A DNA stretch of 64,000 bases from Eledone cirrhosa. Lineage: Eukaryota. Below, in pieces: positions 13,737 through 26,039 of the stretch. Made by a program: the position numbers and the translations under genes. The stretch lies in contig OZ024765.1 in NCBI GenBank assembly GCA_964016885.1, forward strand, positions 21,142,001 through 21,206,000, read 5' to 3'. Position 1 is the first letter of the stretch. Each line of letters opens with the position of its first letter. The notes under the pieces were generated by a model. It searched no databases. It was given only the letters and a program-made list of their open reading frames with translations, and was not told where the DNA came from.

Positions 13737-14671
13737 CTAAGGCAGGTAAAATTCCTGAGATCCATGGACGAGTTCTCTCCAGCGGTCTCTGTCCCTCATT
13801 ATCGCTGCCATGTCCTGCATCTCCAACAGACCAGTGTCTGTCCTTAGGGCATCAACATACGTTAACCTCGGTCTTCCTCTTCTAGTGTGTCCATGTAGGG
13901 GCTCCCAAAGGAGCACTGAGTGCAATGTCAACTCTGGATGTCGGTGAGCATGTCCAGCTAACCTCAGTCTCCTCTGTGTCACTTTTGAGCTGACTTTTGG
14001 GATGCTCCCATACAGCTCTGAGTTTTTCATCCTCAGTGTATACTGATTAATGTTCAGAGCCATCCTCAACGTTTCTCATGTAGCACCCATCCACCATCTG
14101 AATGAGTTTCTTGGTCAGTGTCCAAGTCTCAGACCCATACAGCAGCACAGACTCCACTACAGCAATGAAGAGGCGGATTTTCAGGTCTTTACGAAGGTCC
14201 GACTTCCACACCGATCTCAAGCTGTGGCACGCCGCCCAGGCTTTGCTCTTCCTCTCAACCACATCATCTTCTGTATTCCCAATCTTTGCTCCCAAATACA
14301 GGAAGCCCTCAACCAATTCTAGCGGCTTCCCGCCTACATTAGTAATCCCTTCTGGCTTCTCAACATTCTCTACAAGATATTTTGTTTTAGTCTCATTCAT
14401 TCTCAGCCCCACACTCATCGACACAGTCTCAACCTCCCGCATCAAATCCTCTGCCTCCTTCACTGTATTTGTCACCAAAACTATGTCGTCGGCAAATTCA
14501 GCATCCGATATCTTTTTCGCCTTAACTCTCCTGCTCTGAGCCGGTACTACAGTAAAGCCAGTGTCCTGGTGTTTCTCCAGTGCAAGGTGCATACAATAGT
14601 CCACTATGATGATAAAAAGGTAGGGAGCCAATGTATCTCCCTGGAGCACTCCAGCCAGTATCTCAAAGATA
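13737..14671 (-). mobile_element. 5'-truncated RTE-like LINE (RT C-terminal half), distinct family
   Basis: GVLQGDTLAPYLF, EFADDIVL, FLYLG, VLLYGSETW, RRLRLAGH and RRGRP motifs. Confidence 0.85.
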
Positions 14672-17140
14672 CTTACCCCATGAAAGGTCAAATATATATT
14701 AAGACCCCTTACTCCACCAACTATCAAATATATATTAAGACCACTTACCCCACCAACTATCAAATATATATTAAGGCCACTTACATCAGCGACTGTCAAA
14801 TATATATTAAGGCCGCTTACCCCATGAAAGGTCAAATATATATTAAGGCCACTTACGTCAGCGACTGTCAAATATATATTAAGGCCACTTACCCCACCAA
14901 CTGCCAAATATATATTAAGGCCACTTAACCCCTTGACTGTCAAATATATATTAAGGTCACCTAACCCGTCAACTGCCAAATATATATTAAGGTCACTTAA
15001 CCCCTTGACTGTCAAATATATATCAAGGCCACTTACCCACTCGACCGTCAAATATATATATTAAGACCACTTACCCTCCGACCGTCAAATATATATTAAG
15101 ACCCCTTACCCCCTCGACCGTCAAATATATATTAATACTACTTACCCTCCGACCGTCAAATATATATTAAGACCCCTTACCCCCTCGACCGTCAAATATA
15201 TATTAATACCACTTACCCTCCGACCGTCAAATATATATTAAGACCCCTTACCCTCCGACCGTCAAATATATATTAAGACCCCTTACGCCCTAGACCGTCA
15301 AATATATATTAGTACCACTTACCCTCCGACCGTCAAATATATATTAAGACCCCTTACCCCCTCGACCGTCAAATATATATTAGTACCACTTACCCTCCGA
15401 CCGTCAAATATATATTAAGACCCCTTACCCCCTCGACCGTCAAATATATATTAGTACCACTTACCCTCCGACCGTCAAATATATATAGTAAGATCCCTTA
15501 CCCCCTCGACCGTCAAATATATATTAATACCACTTACCCTCCGACCGTCAAATATATATTAAGACCCCTTACCCTCCGACCGTCAAATATATATTAAGAC
15601 CCCTTACCCCCTCGACCGTCAAATATATATTAGTACCACTTACCCTCCGACCGTCAAATATATATTAAGACCCCTTACCCCCTCGACCGTCAAATATATA
15701 TTAATATCACTTACCCTCCGACCGTCAAATATATATTAAGACCCCTCGACCGTCAAATATATATTAGTACCACTTACCCTCCGACCGTCAAATATATATT
15801 AAGACCCCTTACCCTCTGACCGTCAAATATATATTAAGACCCCTTACCCCCTAGACCGTCAAATATATATTAGTACCACTTACCCTCCGACCGTCAAATA
15901 TATATTAAGACCCCTTACCCCCTCGACCGTCAAATATATATTAGTACCACTTACCCTCCGACCGTCAAATATATATTAAGACCCCTTACCCCCTCGACCG
16001 TCAAATATATATTAATACCACTTACCCTCCGACCGTCAAATATATATTAAGACCCCTTACCCCCTTGACTGTCAAATATATATCAAGGCCACTTACCCAC
16101 TCGACCGTCAAATATATATATTAAGACCACTTACCCTCCGACCGTCAAATATATATTAAGACCCCTTACCCCCTCGACCGTCAAATATATATTAGTACCA
16201 CTTACCCTCCGACCGTCAAATATATATTAAGACCCCTTACCCCCTCGACCGTCAAATATATATTAGTACCACTTACCCTCCGACCGTCAAATATATATTA
16301 AGATCTCTTACCCCCTCGACCGTCAAATATATATTAATACCACTTACCCTCCGACCGTCAAATATATATTAAGACCCCTTACCCTCCGACCGTCAAATAT
16401 ATATTAAGACCCCTTACCCCCTCGACCGTCAAATATATATTAGTACCACTTACCCTCCGACCGTCAAATATATATTAAGACCCCTTACCCCCTCGACCGT
16501 CAAATATATATTAATATCACTTACCCTCCGACCGTCAAATATATATTAAGACCCCTTACCCCCTCGACCGTCAAATATATATTAGTACCACTTACCCTCC
16601 GACCGTCAAATATATATTAAGACCCCTTACCCTCTGACCGTCAAATATATATTAAGACCCCTTACCCCCTAGACCGTCAAATATATATTAGTACCACTTA
16701 CCCTCCGACCGTCAAATATATATTAAGACCCCTTACCCCCTCGACCGTCAAATATATATTAGTACCACTTACCCTCCGACCGTCAAATATATATTAAGAC
16801 CCCTTACCCCCTCGACCGTCAAATATATATTAATACTACTTACCCTCCGACCGTCAAATATATATTAAGACCCCTTACCCTCCGACCGTCAAATATATAT
16901 TAAGACCCCTTACCCCCTCGACCGTCAAATATATATTAATATCACTTACCCTCCGACCGTCAAATATATATTAAGACCCCTTACCCCCTCGACCGTCAAA
17001 TATATATTAATACCACTTACCCTCCGACCGTCAAATATATATTAATACCACTTACCCTCCGACCGTCAAATATATATTAATACCACCTGCCCTCTGACCA
17101 TCAAGGATGTATTAAGGTCACTTACCCTCCGACCGTCAAA
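14672..17140 (-). repeat. 35/36-bp minisatellite (~70 units, 71-bp dimer) copied from the ZP exon 7 3' end plus its 5' splice site
   Basis: On the minus strand the units read TTTGACGGTCGGAGG/GTAAGTG, identical to the real exon 7 end and donor at 17140-17119, alternating with TTTGACGGTCGAGGGG/GTAAGG. Confidence 0.9.
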
Positions 17141-17277
17141 CCAGATGTGGCACTTGTTGACCGAGATTGACTCTGGTTAAAGTCACAGACTATGTTGTAG
17201 AGCATGTCAGAGTTTTGGACAATAAACTCTGCCTGTTGAACCAATATTTTCATCTTGTACACATTGGCTGCCACTTC
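17126..17277 (-). CDS. ZP-domain protein exon 7 (second half of ZP-N #2)
   Basis: gtgttcag/...GGAGG/gtaagt; EVAANVYKMKILVQQAEFIVQNSDMLYNIVCDFNQSQSRSTSATSGLTVG(G); ZP-N Y...VQ...D..Y...C pattern; 152 nt. Confidence 0.9.
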
Positions 17278-17423
17278 CTGAACACAATATATATATATAT
17301 ATAATAGAGAGAGAGAGAGAGAGAGAGATGTATAGGAAAAACAAAGAAGATATGAAATATAGGTTATTTGAAAATAATTTAATTTAATTAAAGTCTGTTC
17401 TTTAACCCTTTAGCATTTACATA

Positions 17424-17826
17424 ATATGTACTATTGTATTTTCACATTAAAGGCTTTACCTCACATAACATTTACATTACTCTATATATACTATTGTATT
17501 TTCACAGTAAAGGCTTTACCTCACATAATACCTCACATAACATTTACATTACTCTATATATACTATTGTATTTTCACAGTAAAGGCTTTACCTCACATAA
17601 TATCTCACATAACATTTACATTACTTTATATATACTATTGTATTTTCACAGTAAAGGCTTTACCTCACATAATATCTCACATAACATCTACATTACTCTA
17701 TATATACTATTGTATTTTCACAGTAAAGGCTTTACCTCACATAATATCTCACATAACATTTACATTACTCTATATATACTATTGTATTGTCACAGTAAAG
17801 GCTTTACCTCACATAATATCTCACAT
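17424..17826. repeat. 72-bp minisatellite (~5.5 copies), possibly inside a TTAA-CCC (piggyBac-like) MITE remnant
   Basis: Unit tactattgtattttcacagtaaaggctttacctcacataa...; preceded by TTAACCCTTTAGCATTTA at 17402. The flank 17840-17925 recurs at 40570-40655 and inverted at about 37445-37505. Confidence 0.7.
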
Positions 17827-18134
17827 GATATCGAATCTATGAGATTTTGATGTTATTTATTTTGAGAACAATAGCTTAACATAAGTATGAGTGGCCAGTT
17901 ACAGCTGGTTTGAACAGAAAGAGGTGTAAGTTTGTGTGTGTGTGTGTGTGTATGTGTGTGTGTTTGTGTGTGTTTGTGTGTTTGTGTTTGTGTGTGTGTG
18001 TGTGTTTATGTGTGTGTGTGTGCGTATGTGTGTGTGTGTGTGTTAGTGTGTGTGTGTGTGGGTGTATGTGTGTGTTTGTGTGTGTGTGTGTGTGTGAAGA
18101 AATAGAAGGGTGTATAGTTGGAAGTAATACCTAC

Positions 18135-18353
18135 CGTTGCTTGGCAACCATACCACTCCCTGGGGTCATCAAAGTTGACAGTTAAGATATAGGGGTCGTC
18201 AAAGGAACCCCGACCTCTTCCAGAGCCTGAACACTTGGAACACATCTTGCGAGACTCTACGGCGTAAATGTCGAACGGCATGAAGTATTGCTGACTATAG
18301 TGGAACTCCAAGGTGGACGGTGGACGGCACATGTGTGTGGCATTAGCAGAGAC
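18135..18353 (-). CDS. ZP-domain protein exon 6 (first half of ZP-N #2)
   Basis: aaccatag/...GCAACG/gtaggt; VSANATHMCRPPSTLEFHYSQQYFMPFDIYAVESRKMCSKCSGSGRGRGSFDDPYILTVNFDDPREWYGCQAT; 219 nt, phase 0/0. Confidence 0.88.
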
Positions 18354-18365
18354 CTATGGTTAAAG

Positions 18366-20886
18366 TTACAGAGTGTACTGGGTGTATTTTATCATGAGAC
18401 CATCACTACCACTTTACAGAGTGTACTGGGTGTATTTTAGCATGACACCATCACTACAACTTTACAGAGTGTACTGGGTGTATGTTATCATGATACCATC
18501 ACTACCATTTACAGAGTGTACTGGGTGTATTATATCATGACACCAACACTACCACTTTACAGAGTGTACTGGGTGTATTATATCATGACACCAACACTAC
18601 CACTTTACAGAGTGTACTGGGTGTATTTTATCATGACACCAACACTACCACTTTACAGAGTGTACTGGGTGTATTATATCATGACACCAACACTACCACC
18701 TTACAGAGTGTACTGGGTGTATTTTATCATGACACCATCACCACCACTTTACAGAGTGTACTGGGTGTATTATATCATGACAACACCACTACAACTTCAC
18801 AGAGTGTACTGGGTGTATTATATCATGACACCAACACTACAACTTTACAGAGTGTACTGGGTGTATTTTATCATGACACCAACACTACAACTTCACAGAG
18901 TGGACTGGGTGTATTATATCATGACACCATCACTACCACTTTACAGAGTGTACTGGGTGTATTATATCATGACACCATCACTACCACTTTACAGAGTGTA
19001 CTGGGTGTATTATATCATGACACCATCACTACCACTTTACAGAGTGTACTGGGTGTATTTTATCATGACACCATCACTACCACTTTACAGAGTGTACTGG
19101 GTGTATTATATCATGACACCAACACTACAACTTCACAGAGTGTACTGGGTGTATTATATCATGACACCATCACTACCACTTTACAGAGTGTACTGGGTGT
19201 ATTTTATCAAGACACCAACACCACCGCTTTACAGAGTGTACTGGGTGTATTATATCATGACACCAACACTACCACTTTACAGAGTGTACTGGGTGTATTT
19301 TATCATGACACCATCACTACAACTTTACAGAGTGTACTGGGTATATTTTATCAAGACACCAACACTACCATTTTACAGAGTGTACTGGGTGTATTTTATC
19401 ATGACACCATCACTACCACTTTACAGAGTGTACTGGGTGTATTTTATCATGATACCATCACTACAACTTTACAGAGTGTACTGGGTATATTTTATCAAGA
19501 CACCAACACTACCATTTTACAGAGTGTACTGGGTGTATTTTATCATGACACCATCACTACCACTTTACAGAGTGTACTGGGTGTATTTTATCATGACACC
19601 ATCACTACCATTTACAGAGTGTACTGGGTGTATTATATCATGACACCAACACTACCACTTTACAGAGTGTACTGGGTGTATTATATCATGACACCAACAC
19701 TACCACTTTACAGAGTGTACTGGGTGTATTTTATCATGACACCATCACTACCACCTTACAGAGTGTACTGGGTGTATTTTATCATGACACCATCACTACC
19801 ACTTTACAGAGTGTACTGGGTGTATTTTATCATGACACCATCACTACCACTTTACAGAGTGTACTGGGTGTATTTTATCATGACACCATCACTACCACTT
19901 TACAGAGTGTACTGGGTGTATTATATCATGACACCATCACTACCACTTTACAGAGTGTACTGGGTGTATTTTATCATGACACCAACACTACCACTTTACA
20001 GAGTGTACTGGGTGTATTTTATCATGACACCATCACTACCACTTTACAGAGTGTACTGGGTGTATTTTATCATGACACCAACACTACCACTTTACAGAGT
20101 GTACTGGGTGTATTTTATCATGACACCATCACTACCACTTTACAGAGTGTACTGGGTGTATTATATCATAACACCAACACTACCACTTTACAGAGTGTAC
20201 TGGGTGTATTTTATCATGACACCAACACTACCACTTTACAGAGTGTACTGGGTGTATTTTATCATGACACCATCACTAACACTTTACAGAGTGTACTGGG
20301 TGTATTTTATCAAGACACCAACACTACCACTTTACAGAGTGTACTGGGTGTATTTTATCATGACACCAACACTACCACTTTACAGTGTGTACTGGGTGTA
20401 TTTTATCATGACACCATCACTACCACTTTACAGAGTGTACTGGGTGTATTTTATCAAGACACCAGCACTAACACTTTACAGAGTGTACTGGGTGTATTCT
20501 ATCATGACACCAACACTACCACTTTACAGAGTGTACTGGGTGTATTATATCATGATACCATCACTACCACTTTACAGAGTGTACTGGGTGTATTATATCA
20601 TGACACCAACACTACCACTTTACAGAGTGTACTTGGTGTATTTTATCATGACACCAACACTACCACTTTACAGAGTGTACTGGGTGTATTATATCATGAC
20701 ACCATCACTACCACTTTACAGAGTGTACTGGGTATATTATATCATGACACCATCACTACCACTTTACAGAGTGTACTGGGTGTATTATATCATGACACCA
20801 TCACTGCCACTTTACAGAGTGTACTGGGTGTATTATATCATGACACCATCACTACCACTTTACAGAGTGTACTGGGTGTATTATAC
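18366..20886. repeat. 48-bp minisatellite (~52 copies) filling almost an entire intron
   Basis: Unit tttacagagtgtactgggtgtattttatcatgacaccatcactaccac. Confidence 0.95.
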
Positions 20887-20934
20887 ATGTAAAAGAACAA
20901 CAACAAACAATACAACAAAACAGAAATGGTTTAC

Positions 20935-21084
20935 CTGACGTGGTGGTTGAATCCTGTTGTGTGTCTGGTAGTCAGGGATGTTGCTTAACACACACACCAC
21001 TCTGTAGAGGTGGTCATCAAAGGAAGGTCTTTCACATGTCCTGATAAACCTCACGATCAGTTCAAACAGGTTTTTACCGATTCT
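20935..21084 (-). CDS. ZP-domain protein exon 5 (second half of ZP-N #1)
   Basis: ttgtgacag/...CGTCAG/gtaaac; RIGKNLFELIVRFIRTCERPSFDDHLYRVVCVLSNIPDYQTHNRIQPPRQ; 150 nt, phase 0/0. Confidence 0.85.
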
Positions 21085-21584
21085 CTGTCACAAGAAAGAC
21101 AACAAATAAAAACTGAAGGTCATTTCTTTACCGTGGAATACTCAACCAGTTTGACATTCTGAAGAAATCATGTATTTGAATTTTGTATTTCTAAAGAAAT
21201 ATGGTATGTTTATATATAAGCATTTAGAAAGCCGTAGCTATGCTGAAACACTGGCAGCTAATACCACCTAGTGGTGTCCAGTAGAAGCAAGGGGGACAAT
21301 CATATATATTTGTATACAGCTATGTTTGAAGCTAAATTCTAATTCTATTCTATCATAAGTTGAATCAACTTATGCAGATTCATATGCAAATGAGATTAAT
21401 CCCCTCATTTACATACACGAAAAAAGTATATATTTTTGCCAGTTTTCGAAGTCCAGCATTTGCAAGAACAATATAGATCGTCCTGATCTGCTTCGATCGA
21501 CTCCCATAACAACACATACTTATACATATGTCCATGCATAGATACTATTGTTTAAAATTATACATACATAGATACTTGCATGTA

Positions 21585-21667
<83 letters not shown>

Positions 21668-21670
<3 letters not shown>

Positions 21671-22420
21671 TGTTGTTTACTCGAGAGAAGGCTACGTTGG
21701 TATGGTCACGTGATGCGCATGAAAGACGACAGCTGTATAACAAAGTGCAGGGCAATAAAGATAGACGGTAGCCACGGAGTAGGCAGACCCAGAAAAACAT
21801 GGGACGAGCTGATAAATTCCGACCTCACACGCTTACACCTCTCCAAGACAATGTCACTGGACCGAGACCTTTGGCGGTACTCAGTAATAGAGAAGACCCG
21901 CCTTACCTAAATACAAAGTAAAAACCTACTACAGTCAGTAGGCATCTCTATCAAAACACACCCCCGTCCCACCACCTCCACCCCACCCACACCGCCCCTT
22001 TCAATGTAAAGTTATGTTGGTCCCACAACATCCAGGCCGAAACAAATGAGATCGTGTAGGTGTCACGACAAAAAACACACAGTCCACGCTGTAAATGTGG
22101 CCGTGTAGGCAACACGGTAAAAACCTCCCAGCCCCACACTGTAAATGTGGTTGGTGTTAGGAAGGGCATCCAGCTGTAGAAAACCCGCCAGACAGTCCAC
22201 GCTGTAATGTGGCCGTGTAGGCAACACGGTAAAAACCTCCCAGCCCCACACTGTAAATGTGGTTGGTGTTAGGAAGGGCATCCAACTGTAGAAAACCCGC
22301 CAGACAGTCCTATGCGAGCAAGACAACCACTCTTGCCTCAAGTGGGAAAACCCCCGTCCAAACCCATGCAAGCGTGGAACACGGACGCTAAACCTGATGA
22401 TGATGATGATGATGATGATG
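21668..22420 (+). mobile_element. RTE LINE 3' fragment with a duplicated 3' UTR segment
   Basis: [18 protein letters not shown]...GRPRKTW; 3' UTR ggaagggcatccagctgtagaaa; (ATG)n tail. Confidence 0.85.
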
Positions 22421-22597
22421 ATATGTTGATTTAAAACTGCACTATCCACAAGTGTTTTTTAACCTTCATATCATGTCTTCCTGTTTTATCTGATGAAAAC
22501 ACAAATATTATTGCATGATGATATTTGTTTTTGAAATGCGCATAATAAAATACATGGAACTCTTTTAACCATCTTTTGTTCTTATATATATATATAG

Positions 22598-22935
22598 ATG
22601 GAGGCACATGGCTTAGTGGTTAGAGCATTGGCCTTGCAATCAAAAGGTTGTGAGTTCAATTCTCAGACCGGGTGATGTGTTGTTTCCTTGAGCAAGACAC
22701 TTTATTTCACATTGCTCCAGTTTACTCAGCTGTAGAAATGAGATGATAGGGACTGCGGTCCCTATCATTCCACTGCAAAGTGGTCGTGGAGGTGCCACGG
22801 CAAAAAAGCACCCAGCACTCACTGTAAATGAGGTTGGTGTTAGGAAGGGCATCCAGCTGTAGAAATCAAGCCAGAATCAGTTCCCGTCCCACCCTTGCAA
22901 GCAGGGAAAAAGCGGACGTAAAATGAAATGATGAT
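22598..22935 (+). mobile_element. tRNA-derived SINE, family B (V-like central domain, RTE-derived tail)
   Basis: A-box TGGCTTAGTGG, B-box GAGTTCAATTC, central tccttgagcaagacact, and a tail nearly identical to the RTE 3' end at 13350-13405. Confidence 0.85.
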
Positions 22936-22989
22936 ATATGTGTGTGTGTGTGTATGTGTATATATATATATACACATATGGAATGAAGT

Positions 22990-23112
22990 ATAAAGTTCAG
23001 CATGGAACACCCCGATGACCGCGGATCCCTATCCCTGCTGGACTTCCAACTCGGGATAACAGAGGAAGGCAACATCCACACCTCCTTCTATAAAAAAGCC
23101 GCCAGCAGGGAC
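22990..23112 (+). mobile_element. Penelope-like RT fragment
   Basis: KFSMEHPDDRGSLSLLDFQL...IHTSFYKK matches the PLE FT-x-E...L-x-FLD...T-x-x-Y-x-K region. Confidence 0.65.
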
Positions 23113-23444
23113 CTCCCTCATTTACATAGACGAAAAAAGTATATATTTTCGCCAGTTTTCGAAGTCCAGCATTTGCAAGAACAATAGAGATCGTCCTGAT
23201 GAAAATCAGTCGTCTCCCCCTTGCTTCTGCTAGGCACCACTAGGGGGCGTTAGATTCCAGTGTTTCTGCATAGTTACAGCTTTCTAAATGCTAATTTATA
23301 AACATACCGAACTTCTTTAGAAATATGAAATTCAAATACAATTTGTTTCTATATCGATCAGCTTGGGTTCTATCATGCCATCGGATCCTCACTCTTAATC
23401 GACACTTCTTTAGATATGAGAGTTTACATGAGTGATTCCATACA

Positions 23445-23744
23445 TCATCATCATTTTACGTTCGCTTTTCCCTGCTTGCAAGGGTGAGACGGGAACAGAT
23501 TCTGGCTTGGTTTCTACAGCTGGATGCCCTTCCTAACACCAACCTCATTTACAGTGAGTGCTGGGTGCTTTTTTGCCGTGGCACCTCCACGACCACTTTG
23601 CAGTGAAATGATAGGGACCCCAGTCCCTATCATCTCATTTCTACAGCTGAGTAAACTGGAGCAATGTGAAATAAAGTGTCTTGCTCAAGGAAACAACACA
23701 TCACCCGGTCTGAGAATTGAACTCACAACCTTTCAATTGCAAGG

Positions 23745-23748
<4 letters not shown>
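23445..23748 (-). mobile_element. SINE family B copy
   Basis: Reverse complement of 22598-22935; further minus-strand copies at 38850-39205 and 53412-53750. Confidence 0.85.
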
Positions 23749-23802
<54 letters not shown>

Positions 23803-23805
<3 letters not shown>

Positions 23806-23998
23806 GTAGGTCCCGGGTTGAGTCGGGGATAACCACAGTAAGTAAGGTACTCAATACATGGCAGAGTAAAATTTTTTTTTTATAGAAGGAGCTTCTACAG
23901 GACTAGTACTGTTTCATTCAGATGAAAAAATCTTCAGGAAGCTGAAGATTTCATCTGAATGAAACAGTACTAGTCCTGTAGAAGCTCCTTCTATAAAA

Positions 23999-24008
<10 letters not shown>
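23803..24008 (-). mobile_element. Fold-back PLE-terminus element with hammerhead motif (23890-23943, minus)
   Basis: Minus strand: agcttc CTGAAGA ...ttca tc tgaa t GAAA cag tactagtc ctG TA gaagct. Arms about 23875-23935 and 23942-24000; tail at left; flanked by (TA)n. Confidence 0.7.
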
Positions 24009-24030
<22 letters not shown>

Positions 24031-24187
24031 TAGTTACGTAATAAACAACATAAGGCAATTATTTCATTTACCAGTGGTTTCTTAAAAGCAAAAAAATGTT
24101 GCTTTCAATCATCAGAATGAAAAAATCCTGGTGTATTTATTGACGTTGGATTTTAAAAATCCAATATCAATAAATACACCAGGATTT

Positions 24188-24248
24188 TTTCATTCTGATG
24201 ATTGAAAGCAAAATTTGTTTGCTTTTAAGAAACCACTGGTAAATGAAA
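24188..24248 (+). ncRNA. Type I hammerhead ribozyme in fold-back element 24031-24342 (mirror copy at about 24062-24122, minus)
   Basis: tttcatt CTGATGA ttgaaagcaaa..tttgcttttaa GAAA cca c tgG TA aatgaaa; stems I, II and III pair around an intact core. Confidence 0.85.
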
Positions 24249-24443
24249 TAATTGCCTTATGTTGTTTATTACATAACTATTAAGCTCTGTTAACTACATG
24301 GAGCACTCTTTTTTCCTGGACTTTTCCGACGGAATTACTTCATATATATATATTTATTAAAATAACAGATTAAAGTTTAAGCAAAGAATCGCTGCTTTCA
24401 CCCTTAACGGGATCTTCTGAAACTAAAAATATATATATATATA

Positions 24444-24622
24444 TAGAAGTGGTTACACAACAGTTAGTTCACCATACCGAGAACAATTGTTTCACCTTAG
24501 CGGATCCTCAGGTCTTGTTCTCGGTATGGTGAACTAACTGTTGTGTAACCACTTCTACCTAACTCGTCCCATGGACTGAGTGCTCTACCACTACGGGTAT
24601 TACCTTCCAGTGTTCTACCACT
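24444..24622 (+). mobile_element. Short fold-back element, internally deleted relative of 35701-35985
   Basis: Same arms (agaagtggttacacaacagttagttcaccataccgagaacaa) and same tail (acctaactcgtcccatggactgagtgctct). Confidence 0.75.
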
Positions 24623-24642
24623 ATATATATATATATATATAT

Positions 24643-25120
24643 AATATTATAATGAAATGACAGGAGGCTGGATTTGTGTAAATCCTTGAAAGGTTTATTA
24701 TACTATGATCATTTCAATGACCGGGTTCCGTATGAATCCAGTGATATCATCAGGTATTCGAAATATAATACGTGAATGTAATAGATAAAATCCATGGGGC
24801 TGAAAATCGAGGACCCGATTTTCAGCCCCATGGATTTTATCTATTACATTCACGTATTATATTTCGAATACCTGATGATATCACTGGATTCATACGGAAC
24901 CCGGTCATTGAAATGATCATAGTATAATAAACCTTTCAAGGATTTACACAAATCCAGCCTCCTGTCATTTCATTATAATATTTAACTCCGTAATAGCACC
25001 ACCAACTACAAAAACAAAGACGGTTGAACTGCTTTACGTTGAGTACTCTCTATATTATTGCATTACGATTGACCATACGGAATAGACCAGCTCTATACAG
25101 TGGTGAACCTCAAACCCGAA
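24643..25120 (+). mobile_element. Fold-back element (~167-bp near-perfect arms + ~140-bp tail) with degenerate hammerhead-like motif
   Basis: 24643-24809 mirrors 24816-24982; CTGATGA...GGAAC CCG GTC near 24872-24906. Confidence 0.7.
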
Positions 25121-25973
25121 TATATATATATATATATATATATATATCATATATTGAGTTAGAAACTCAAAATAGTCTTTTACAATTAAATAGCTCAAGG
25201 GAGGGAATCTTTCCAAGCCGTGTAATACAATTGAATATATGATATCGTGATCTCTTTAGACAGCAATAATTGATTAAAAGGTAACATTTATGAGGCAATT
25301 TTTGGTTGGAAGGGAGCGGACTGTATGTGAAAAAACAAACACATTTTTTAGTCCGCTCCCTTCCACACAAAATTGCTTCAGAAATGTTATTTTTTAATCA
25401 ATTTTCACTGTCTGAAGAGATCACGATATTTATCACCATTGAACCCTAACATTTTCAACTTCACATTTTCCTCTTTATTAATATACTCCGCCATCCTTAT
25501 TTTTAAGAAGGAATATGACGTTGAGTGCTAGAAGTCAATTGCATCCTTGTATACTGAATATAAAAGCACCCAGCCCACACTGTAAAGTGGACGTGTAGGA
25601 GCCACAGAAAAAAAAAAGCACCCAGCACTCACTGTAAATGAGGTTGGTGTTAGGAAGGGCATCCAGCTGTAGAAATCAAGCCAGAATCAGTTCCCATATG
25701 AGCAAGACAAGGTCAGCCGATCAGACACTGCCCACAACAGGACAACCCGTCTAACCCATGCTAGCTTGTAAGAACGGACGTAAAACGATGATGATGATGA
25801 TGATGATTATATATATATATAATAATAGGGTTAAGGTATCGTAAGAGAGGATGAAGCAGAGAGGTACAAAGAGGTGCGATACAGAATACTAAATGCCAAA
25901 AGCCAAAGCGTGGCACGCTCGATGCTTGGGTTAGCAGGGTTAAATATTAGAGGAAGTTAATATTTAACGTATG

Positions 25974-26035
<62 letters not shown>

Positions 26036-26039
<4 letters not shown>

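Noticed and set aside
14672-15051. Apparent repetitive N-terminal extension of the RT ORF 14047-15051
   Set aside because: Chance in-frame fusion of the splice-donor minisatellite with a 5'-truncated LINE.
18516-20938. 375-aa and 439-aa repetitive ORFs
   Set aside because: Translation of an intronic 48-bp minisatellite antisense to the ZP gene.
22598-22672. tRNA gene
   Set aside because: A and B boxes are present, but the sequence continues into a SINE body found in several copies, and no full cloverleaf is evident.
23190-23220. CTGATGA at about 23196 (and at 42119) as hammerheads
   Set aside because: No properly placed GAAA and paired stems; the 42119 instance lies within PLE-like coding sequence.
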